Positions 10,435-18,183 of a stretch of DNA of 48,043 nucleotides are shown here, in pieces. The stretch's first letter is position 1, and the number at the start of each line of letters is the position of its first letter. The notes beneath the pieces are model-generated. The model saw only the letters and a list, made by a program, of their open reading frames with translations, was not told the origin of the DNA and searched no databases. The position numbers and the translations under genes were made by a program. The stretch is from Deltaproteobacteria bacterium TL4 (GTDB lineage Bacteria; SAR324; NAC60-12): the NCBI GenBank assembly GCA_051382335.1, contig JBBCAX010000367.1, forward strand, positions 1-48,043, in the 5' to 3' direction.

Positions 10435-13375
10435 AGAGAAATCCTCTCAGCAGTTATTAAAAACCTGGAATAAAAACAAGGATCAATGCTCTCCTCTCAA
10501 GGGTGATCCCTTTTCCCGCCCAGTTGTAAAAAAATTAAAGACAATGCAAAGTCTCTCCAATTTTGAGGGAGTACCGTCCCATCCTCCCGGCAACCGCACG
10601 GGAGTCATCGCTTGTGCCAATTGACCGAAAATAAAATCATGCCACTACCCGGAATCGGACTTTCGTTCATCCAACTCATTCCCCTACAAAGTATAACGAT
10701 ATCTCTTATGTCAAAACACGCAAAAAGAGAAATCCCACCAACTCAACACCAATGTGTTCCACCTGAGTCTGCACTGTAACCTTGCTGAATATAGGCACCC
10801 CGCCTTTCCCACAAGTTGCCAGTATTGAAATAATGATGAGCATTCTTAAAAATTATCCACTTAAGAGGGACACCTGAGAATACAGTCTTGCTAAGCTGGA
10901 CCTTGTGCTAAATTAACGTTCAACAAAGTGCAACACGTAATCCCGCCTACCATTGTTTCGTTAAGTGGATACAGCAATAGCTATCCGCTTTAATTAGGGT
11001 ATCCTCAGTGTCCTCATAGCCCACCAAAACACAAAGTGATGATGAGTCCAACATTGGTGGACTGTCCACCCATTCCATACCACCAGTTTTAACCTACCCT
11101 CCCTTAAGTGGGTGCCCCAAATAGTGAAAAGACTCAAAGCAAGGTGTTCTATTTTACACCATGTTACATTTTATTATGTAAAGGCACGATTTTCCTAAAG
11201 CACAACAAGATATTGTCCCTTCCCCCTTGGTAGACAAATCGAAAGGCATTACATCTTAAACAGATCTTGTTGAGCGTTTCATGACAACCTCCTTCTTTCA
11301 AGAATCATCCTTATGAGCTTTATAGCGCAAAAGGGCATAATTTATGAAATTTAGCCATTTCACTATGAAGAGCCCAAGGATCAAGCCTCGAAATAATCCT
11401 TGTGTTTCGAAAATACTTACAAATGGTGATCAAAATTGTTCAAGCAGATAGACTCCGACTTTTGCCGATTATTTTTATGTTCACTATTTTATAGTGACAA
11501 CTCACGTTACAAGATCCTGTTTCTTGGTATACTGAAAATACGAATATCCACAAATACCCGGGATTACTCTGAGTACGTGAGGAACTCCCAACTTCTCGCA
11601 TAAAATAGAGGAGAAACCTTAAATTGATTTTAAACAGCAATGTGATTTCGCTCTGTATTTAAGTATAGTGCTCAAGATAAGTTTTGTCCTGGGAGCGAGG
11701 GCGTCCCGCTCTCCGGTGAGGGCAAGATGCCCTCGCTCCCAGGGAAAAAACTTTCCTGGACAGCTATAAACATCCGTTTAATGGACAGATTCGACCATAA
11801 AAATCATATTTTTAGGAAACAATCACTTTATCTCTGTATCATTTTTGATGCTTCTCAACCCTCATAGCATCAACACCTGACTTTCCCTCAAGGATGAAGC
11901 TGCCTCGGTTTACTAAACTTGTGAGCATGAACTCAGCCCTTAGAAACAGAAAAAAAAATAACGTTCCAAAGTTTTCCCAAGTGGGAATGCTATAGTAACC
12001 ACTTTACCGCCAAAGAGGACGCAAAGTATCGAAGTTTTGGTTCCCACTCAAAGCGTGAAACCATTTGTGAAGTTTCGATCGCTATTTATTCATAGGTGTT
12101 TAGCTCACGGTGATAATTCTGACGTCAGCATAAAAGTTCAATTTTAAACCATAACAAACATAAAAAGTGCCGCACAGTAGCGTGTAAAATTGATAAAGGA
12201 CTTTCTTAACGTCACCTTTTCTGAAATGTTATAAATATTCTACGAATGCTCCAGAAGCGTATGTTCCCCAATGTCAATAAATCATTGGCTACGCTACATG
12301 ATCTCAACCAAATAAGGATCTTTCATGACGGTTCATAACACGTGAGAGTCAGTTGAAATGCCCTCTCTTTTAAAAACGATGAACACAGTTCGGACAAGCG
12401 GTTCCCTATGCATCTGCTTGTGATAGGTGACGCTTTCTGCCCTTAAAAGGCTATACGTTTTCCCAGCAATGAGCACCATCTTTGGCGACTCATCTTATTT
12501 ATCCTTTATAAAAACCTTACAGAGTAAAATTGCCATTTAACCCCAAATAGACCATCAAGATTCTTTATAATAAAATCAACAACCTACTAACCTAAATCCT
12601 GACATGGAACAGCCACGATCTAAAATCAATGGTGTCGGAGACACAGAGGAAAAAAAATAATCCTGGCTACGATTAGACGATCGAAAAAGTTCAATTTTGG
12701 CAATGCTATTCCCACAAGGATGGGATAGCCCCTTTTTAATTAAATTCATATTCTCGTTTTTATCACCTGAACATCTGTGGATATTCATTAAAATAAATTC
12801 ATTTTTGATCAAATCACGGTAGTCCCCTTGCACTCTGGAACCTTGTTCCTCGAGACGGAATTCGAGGTTCCTCTCTTCCATGGTGTCGTTATTTAGACTC
12901 AGAAGGGGTGACCTTCATTTTTGTGGTGTGCTCACTTCGCTTAAGCGGCACCCTATCTTAAGTTTCAAAAGTGAAAAATTAATCCGATGAAAGTATAAAT
13001 GAACGTCTATAACTCAAAACAGGAAATTCCCTATTTGATCAATAATAGGGCAGGATCCAACGGCGAGAAAAGATTCTCAACGACTAATATCATGGTGCAC
13101 AGACCTATAGTTCCTAGAATCAAGCTTGTCTCTAACGCCTTTCGTAATCTTAAGCGTCATCCTAAATCCATCTATTCGATTAGGATCAAGATTATGATTA
13201 CGAAGGTTTTCGATAACCGCCTGTTCTTATAACAGGACAAACCTGCTTCAGCCTGATAGTCATTTAAATCACTTTTCATTAACGCTGCGAACCCATTCGG
13301 CAAACAGTACGTTCACACCAATCTACTTACGAGTAGAACTTAAACACAAACAACGTTTGGACTCACAATGTGAAA
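10435..13375 (-). ncRNA. Full-length, highly diverged 23S-rRNA-like sequence
   Basis: More than 20 landmarks in correct order, mostly at near-correct spacing, versus reverse-complemented 23S (E. coli numbering, approximate): cctctcagcagttatta (10443, ~2890); tgtgccaattg (10613, ~2700); cggactttcgttc (10656, SRL); aagctggaccttgtgc (10893, ~2340); gcccaccaaaacac (11019, ~2235); ccttgtgtttcg (~11398, ~1790); cttggtatact (11523, ~1635); gtgtttagctcacggt (12096, ~1135); tctttcatgacgg (~12320, ~965); gagtaaaattgccatttaacccc (12522, ~790); aacctaaatcctgacatgg (12589, ~700); tcacggta..cactctgg (12814, ~460); tatttagactcagaagg (12890, ~425); gaatcaagcttgtctct (13117, ~230); cgcctgttcttataacagg (13218, ~100); caaacagtacgttc (13301, ~60). 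Span ~2.94 kb including a 110-bp insert. Confidence 0.8.
11660..11769. repeat. 110-bp REP/MITE-like element, copy 1 (inside the 23S-like sequence)
   Basis: Differs from 15767-15876 at only 2 positions. Long GC-rich internal palindrome cctgggagcgagggc...gccctcgctcccagg, imperfect terminal inverted repeats with tatag/ctata ends. Confidence 0.9.
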
Positions 13376-13383
13376 CAAATCGA

Positions 13384-13575
13384 TCATAGTTTGTACATAC
13401 TGCGTTCATTGTTCAGTTTTGAGCTTAAACGTTGTAGAATAGGGTGGTATTTAGAGTTAACGTTATCTCCGAAATTCCAAGTTGTCACAGTTGAACCGTG
13501 TATTGTAGTAATGTTTCCTTCTGTCTCCAACCCACTCAATGCCACATTTCTTTCATACATATTAAAATTATCCAT
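13384..13575 (-). CDS. Possible 63-aa small protein at the 5' end of the predicted sigma-28 transcript
   Basis: ATG preceded by GAGGG. It sits between the sigma-28 promoter and the 5' end of the 23S-like sequence. No homology recognised. Confidence 0.4.
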   Translation of the reverse strand: MDNFNMYERNVALSGLETEGNITTIHGSTVTTWNFGDNVNSKYHPILQRLSSKLNNERSMYKL

Positions 13576-13672
13576 TTTCCCTCAATGTTAAAGTGGTTCC
13601 GCAGGCTTGACGTCAAAGAGAAGGCAAGTCTATGAGACTTCCCATTCCATGAATTCAGTGTGCTCTCTTCTT

Positions 13673-13699
13673 ATATCGGCACATTGAGGTAAGACTTTA
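13673..13699 (-). promoter_or_regulatory. Sigma-28 (FliA-type) promoter pointing into the rRNA-like locus
   Basis: Minus strand TAAAGTCT-N11-GCCGATAT versus consensus TAAAGTTT-N11-GCCGATAA; same architecture as the flgM promoter in this window. Confidence 0.8.
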
Positions 13700-13844
13700 G
13701 GAAAAAACATAAATAATTGAAAAGATTTAATTGAAGAGTAGATGCTGCCTTAGGAGTTGTTTATGCTGATCTATTGATTTTTCAGTTGATGATGAGCGTA
13801 GAAGCAAAAGAAGTATTCGGGAAAAGAGAGAACTCTTTTGTGGA

Positions 13845-13878
13845 GAAAAGAGGGAGTTTAGAGCATTATCTCCCTCTT
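13845..13878 (-). terminator. Possible terminator hairpin after rplC
   Basis: aagagggag/ctccctctt inverted repeat about 20 bp after the rplC stop, with only a short U-rich tail. Confidence 0.4.
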
Positions 13879-13895
13879 GATTCAAAGACAAGGGG

Positions 13896-14516
13896 TTAGC
13901 GATTGCTTTTCTTAACAGTCACAATTCCACCCGTTTTTCCAGGCACAGCCCCTTTAACCAAGAGCAGGCTATTATCTTTAATAATTTTCACAACCTTCAG
14001 TCCAAGGGTGGTTATTTGTTCATCACCCTGGTGCCCATGCATTTTTTTCCCTTTAAAGACTTTTCCAGGGAAGGTACACTGTCCAATACTTCCCGTCATG
14101 CGGTGTCCTCTATGACCATGGCTCGCAGGTTGTCCACTAAATCCCCATCGTTTCATAACACCGGCAAATCCTTTACCTTTGGATGTACCAGTCACTGAAA
14201 TTTTTTCGCCTTCTTCAAAGATGGAAACGTCAAATTTTTGTCCTATTTGGACTTGATTGATATCTTCCACCTTAAACTCTTTTAAATACCGTACAGGTGC
14301 CTGACCTTTCAAGTGGCCTTTAATGGGTTTAGTGATTTTCCGTTCGGGAATATTCACAAATCCCATTTGTACACTATCATAACCATCTATCTCTTCAGTT
14401 TTCTTCTGAATCACTGCCATGGGGCCCACTTGCAGGACAGTTACGGGAACGACAGTTCCATCGTTCTCAAAGATCTGAGTCATTCCAATTTTCTGGGCTA
14501 ACATTCCATTTAGCAT
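13896..14516 (-). CDS. rplC: 50S ribosomal protein uL3, stand-alone copy
   Basis: KIGMTQIF, PVTV, GYDSVQMGF, VTGTSKGKGFAGVMKRWGF, SHG, GSIG, PGKVFKGKKM and LLLVKGAVPG motifs. No rpsJ or rplD neighbours. Confidence 0.97.
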   Translation of the reverse strand: MLNGMLAQKIGMTQIFENDGTVVPVTVLQVGPMAVIQKKTEEIDGYDSVQMGFVNIPERKITKPIKGHLKGQAPVRYLKEFKVEDINQVQIGQKFDVSIFEEGEKISVTGTSKGKGFAGVMKRWGFSGQPASHGHRGHRMTGSIGQCTFPGKVFKGKKMHGHQGDEQITTLGLKVVKIIKDNSLLLVKGAVPGKTGGIVTVKKSNR

Positions 14517-14980
14517 GATTACCTTTAATGGGTCTTGAGTTTGTTAAACATTAATGAGTTGTAAATAACCAGAGTACAAAGAAAAGTTCAATTATCAGGT
14601 TTCTTAAAGCAAGATGTCTTGCATTTTTTAAGCGGCAATGGTGCTATTCGCTAGCCAAGTCATTTGGGTTGTATTTGCTCAGACAACGTCAAGGAGTGCA
14701 TTCTTTTTACCGTACCCAATTCATGTTCATTCTAATGAACCACTTTCTATATATCGTTTTACAATAGAGTTCAAGATATTTTCTCATTAAACCTGTATTA
14801 TTAAATTTACTTAAGGTGAATAAACCATCAGATATCAGAAATCATTTTTTATAAACCCTGTGATATCAATATCCATGAGTGCTAATACCTACCCTGGCAA
14901 GCTTGAGCGAAAAGGATTAATAGGCACATGCCATAAGGAACACATTGCCGAAGGGTTGCAATACGATGTTGCGATCATGA

Positions 14981-15520
14981 ATGATATTGATTTCATCACC
15001 ATATTTACGTCCAATCATGATTCTTTACACACTTTTTGTTATAGGTATCGCGTTATCTTACTTGTACGAACGTCGGATCTTTCATGCACTCAACAACCGT
15101 TTGGGAGACACCTCAAGATCTGAATGGAGAGAATGGGTCTCAGGAGGTTTCTATCTTTTCTATCTGGGCATGGGAGTTGTTGAGGTCTATTGGTTTGATC
15201 GCACCTATTACAAGGGCCTTGGTGCGATGATGTTACTTGGATGGGGCCTTTCGCTCTATCTAAAATTATGGGTCTCAGGAATACAGAAACGCTATGAGCA
15301 TAATGACAGTGAGGCCTCACGCCTCCCCATAGAAGAAGGTCCATATCGTTATACCCGGTATCCTCTTCATCTGGTGACAATGCTGGAGGTTTTCTGTATT
15401 CCGCTTGTTCATACGGCTTACCTGACAACCACTATGGGGACCATTCTCTATGCCCTCCGAATCAGACGTTTGATCCATAACGAGGGCTCGTTTTTTAAGA
15501 TCGCGGGGAATCGTCTTTAG
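14981..15520 (+). CDS. Membrane protein, isoprenylcysteine carboxyl methyltransferase (ICMT/PEMT)-like
   Basis: Several hydrophobic segments and EGPYRYTRYPLH (GPYxxxRHPxY-like), C-terminal RIRR..E. Confidence 0.7.
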   Translation: MILISSPYLRPIMILYTLFVIGIALSYLYERRIFHALNNRLGDTSRSEWREWVSGGFYLFYLGMGVVEVYWFDRTYYKGLGAMMLLGWGLSLYLKLWVSGIQKRYEHNDSEASRLPIEEGPYRYTRYPLHLVTMLEVFCIPLVHTAYLTTTMGTILYALRIRRLIHNEGSFFKIAGNRL

Positions 15521-15747
15521 GTCAACAGAATGCCAATTCTTTCAGGCAGAACCACCCTGAATTCAATAGGCCGATAATCAGAATTCACTGAGGTTTGGTC
15601 CCTGAAATGGATTTGAATATCTCCGTTTTGTCGTTGCAAAAAACGTTTGACTGCGTCCATGCCGACTCCACGTCCCGAAATCGTACTGACCTGCTCCGAG
15701 GTAGACATCCCTGAAGCAAATATCATTTGTGCGAGTTCCTCATCAGA
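15517..15747 (-). pseudogene. C-terminal fragment of a CheA-like histidine kinase ATPase domain
   Basis: SDEELAQMIFASGMSTSEQVSTISGRGVGMDAVK is the CheA G-box signature. An in-frame stop and the 110-bp repeat lie directly upstream. Confidence 0.8.
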
Positions 15748-15766
15748 TTAGTGATCCTTTTTTTCC

Positions 15767-15876
15767 TAAGTATAGTGCTCAAGATAAGTTTTGTCCTGGG
15801 AGCGAGGGCGTCCCGCCCTCCGGTGAGGGCAAGATGCCCTCGCTCCCAGGGAAAAAACTTTCCTGGATAGCTATAA
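15767..15876. repeat. 110-bp REP/MITE-like element, copy 2
   Basis: Near-identical to 11660-11769. Confidence 0.9.
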
Positions 15877-16175
15877 CTCTATAACAATTGAATTTGAAGA
15901 TAGGCAATAGTTAAAACGATCTTACTGCATGTTCTACTCAATTCTGAGCCAGGCTTCTTGGTTTGATTTAAATTTTTAATCGAGTTTTGAGGGCCAGGTT
16001 AAAAGTTTAACAGTTTTCTCAAACATTTCGATTTTACTGAGCCTCCATGCGTATTTATGAAAAGAGCGTGAAGTAGACCTATCTTGCTCTCTATATTAGC
16101 TTGCACAATGCTCCTAAAATTAGGTATTTATTTACGAGGTGGAATCATAAAACCTTAAGGAGTCTGGCTTAATTC

Positions 16176-16958
16176 ATGATGTTAACTGTACAAGATTTAC
16201 AAAAATTTGCTGAAATTGCATATACTGAGACGGGAATTCGAATTTCTGACCAGAAACTTGAACTTATGAATAACCGTTTGGGTCGTAGGATTAAAGAGCT
16301 AGGTCTTGAATCTTTCAAGCACTATTACGACTATCTTCGTAAAACGTCTTCAGAAATGCCTCATTTTGTTGAGTCAATCACAACCAATGAAACGTATTTC
16401 TTTCGCTGCCCAAAACATTTTACCCTACTGAGTAAGCAAGTTTTTTCAGGGATTTCCACATCTCAAGTTGATGTGTGGAGCGCGGCAAGCTCAACAGGAG
16501 AAGAACCTTACTCTTTAGCGATTGCTTTATCCGAACGTTTGCCCAATTTTCAAGGGCGTCAGGTTCGTTTATTTGCAAGTGACATTGATTATGGTGTGTT
16601 AAAAAAGGCCTCAGAAGGGATCTATAATTCCTACGCTCTTCGCTTAGTAACTCCAGATTTGCTCAAGAAATATTTTTTACCTCATAGTAATAATTATAAG
16701 ATTGCCGACTCGTTGAGGAAAATGGTTTTATTGGGGCAGCACAATTTGAAATTACCCTTTCCCAAAGGGAAAGTAGATATTTTATTTTGTAGAAATGTCC
16801 TGATTTATTTTGATGACGCCAGTAAACAAATTGTCTTCAACAATTTGATCAATGCGCTGAAACCTGGAGGTTATTTGTTTTTAGGGGAGTCTGAAATTAT
16901 TCCTGAACTTTCAGGAATGCATAGAGTGGAGGCTTCTGTGGCTCAAAAAATGAAGTAA
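16176..16958 (+). CDS. cheR: Chemotaxis methyltransferase CheR
   Basis: ITTNETYFFR, WSAASSTGEEPYSLAI, ASDID, DILFCRNVLIYFD and LKPGGYLFLGESE motifs. Confidence 0.95.
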   Translation: MMLTVQDLQKFAEIAYTETGIRISDQKLELMNNRLGRRIKELGLESFKHYYDYLRKTSSEMPHFVESITTNETYFFRCPKHFTLLSKQVFSGISTSQVDVWSAASSTGEEPYSLAIALSERLPNFQGRQVRLFASDIDYGVLKKASEGIYNSYALRLVTPDLLKKYFLPHSNNYKIADSLRKMVLLGQHNLKLPFPKGKVDILFCRNVLIYFDDASKQIVFNNLINALKPGGYLFLGESEIIPELSGMHRVEASVAQKMK

Positions 16959-17056
16959 CAAACCTCCGACTCCTTTGTCTCAGAACTGACGACTCTGGGC
17001 AAAAAACAGCTTTATGCGAAATCGAGACACATCAGATCAGTAAATAATGAGGATAC

Positions 17057-17962
17057 ATGGCAATGAGGATATTAATTGTTGATGATGAGCAGCATATTCA
17101 GAACATGATCAAACATTTTCTGTTATTGAAAGGACATGAGGTTCATATCGCAGCTAATGGGCAACAGGCCTGGGAGATATTCAAAGAAAAAGAGGATGGC
17201 TTTGATCTGATCTTAACGGACATCAAAATGCCAGTCATGACGGGGGTGCAACTGCTTCAAAAAATCAGGAATAAAGGTCATGACGTTCCTATCATCATCA
17301 TGACCGCATACGCCGAAATGGATTATACACTGACAGCTCTGCGATTGGGGGCGTTTGACTTTTTGATCAAGCCCTTCCCTCTTGAAGAGTTGGCTAAATC
17401 CCTGGCCAAACTTGAGTCGTTGCAAACCCAAAAACTGGAATTGGAAGATGTTATCCCTTATTATCGGGGGCGGATGGAGTTTGAGATTCCCAGCAATACT
17501 AATCTGATTAATGGCACGGTCTCCCTTCTGCAAAATTTATATAGGGACTTGTGTGAAGCCTATCATCTAGACTCGAATCAAATTCGAATCGCCTTGTTGG
17601 AAGCCATGATGAATGCGGTCACGCATGGAAATTTAGAGGTCAGTTCCAATTTGAAGGAAGACGATTGGGAAAGTTTTGATAAAATGGTTGTAGAACGGGG
17701 ATTGCAACCAGAGTACAGTAGTCGAAAAGTACATATTGAAGCTGAAGTTACCGAGGATTCAATAATTTTTGAGTTTGAGGACCAAGGCAAGGGCTTCAAT
17801 ACCAAGAACACCCCGAGTTTTGATGATCCGTTGAGTTTAGCGACGAGTGGCAGGGGAATACTCCTGATCAAGTCGTTTATGGACGAAGTGCAATGGAATG
17901 AGAAAGGGAATCACATCACGATGATCAAACGCCTTCCTAAACTCGAGGTATCCCAAGCTTGA
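17057..17962 (+). CDS. Receiver domain fused to an RsbW-like (HATPase_c) anti-sigma kinase domain
   Basis: N-terminal REC (VDDE, TDIKMP, KP); C-terminal EAMMNAVTHGN, EDQGKGF, SGRGILLIKSFMDEV. Confidence 0.88.
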   Translation: MAMRILIVDDEQHIQNMIKHFLLLKGHEVHIAANGQQAWEIFKEKEDGFDLILTDIKMPVMTGVQLLQKIRNKGHDVPIIIMTAYAEMDYTLTALRLGAFDFLIKPFPLEELAKSLAKLESLQTQKLELEDVIPYYRGRMEFEIPSNTNLINGTVSLLQNLYRDLCEAYHLDSNQIRIALLEAMMNAVTHGNLEVSSNLKEDDWESFDKMVVERGLQPEYSSRKVHIEAEVTEDSIIFEFEDQGKGFNTKNTPSFDDPLSLATSGRGILLIKSFMDEVQWNEKGNHITMIKRLPKLEVSQA

Positions 17963-18183
17963 GGCAAATACGCCTTAGCCTTCGGCGCTAAGAGTTTATG
18001 GTGAAATATCATTTGATGTGTGTCGATTCTAGTCTGTTTTGATTTATTACGCAAATTAATATTTTTTTCATAAAACGTTGAATGTTGAGAGTCCAGAATC
18101 AATCGCCTCATCATCCACGCTTATGCAAAGTCATGACACTTCGTGAGTTGTTAGTTTTCAGTCTTACCGTATTGTGCTTTGGG

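Noticed and set aside
11037..11060. gatgatgagtccaacattggtgg as the PTC 2500 motif
   Set aside because: Flanking landmarks place it at ~2170-2200 (L1-stalk side), so it does not rescue an intact PTC.
9750..13232. Short ORFs of 66-101 aa in the gap (9750, 10349, 11440, 12576, 12999)
   Set aside because: No motifs, weak starts, mixed strands; they overlap the rRNA-like sequences.
9665..13375. Annotation as a functional rRNA operon or organellar contamination
   Set aside because: Universally conserved catalytic and decoding residues appear lost, which functional organellar rRNAs retain, and the locus shares a repeat element with flanking host DNA.
13385..13665. Possible displaced 16S head domain (cttgacgtca at 13606, ggcaagtct, attgtag, tgtaca resemble the 1160-1395 region)
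   Set aside because: Spacing between motifs does not fit well, and the region is explained by a promoter leader plus small ORF. Worth one CM check but not supportable by eye.
14642..14658. Sigma-54 promoter for rplC (TGGCTAGCGAATAGCA)
   Set aside because: GG-N10-GC spacing is right but the other positions match consensus poorly.
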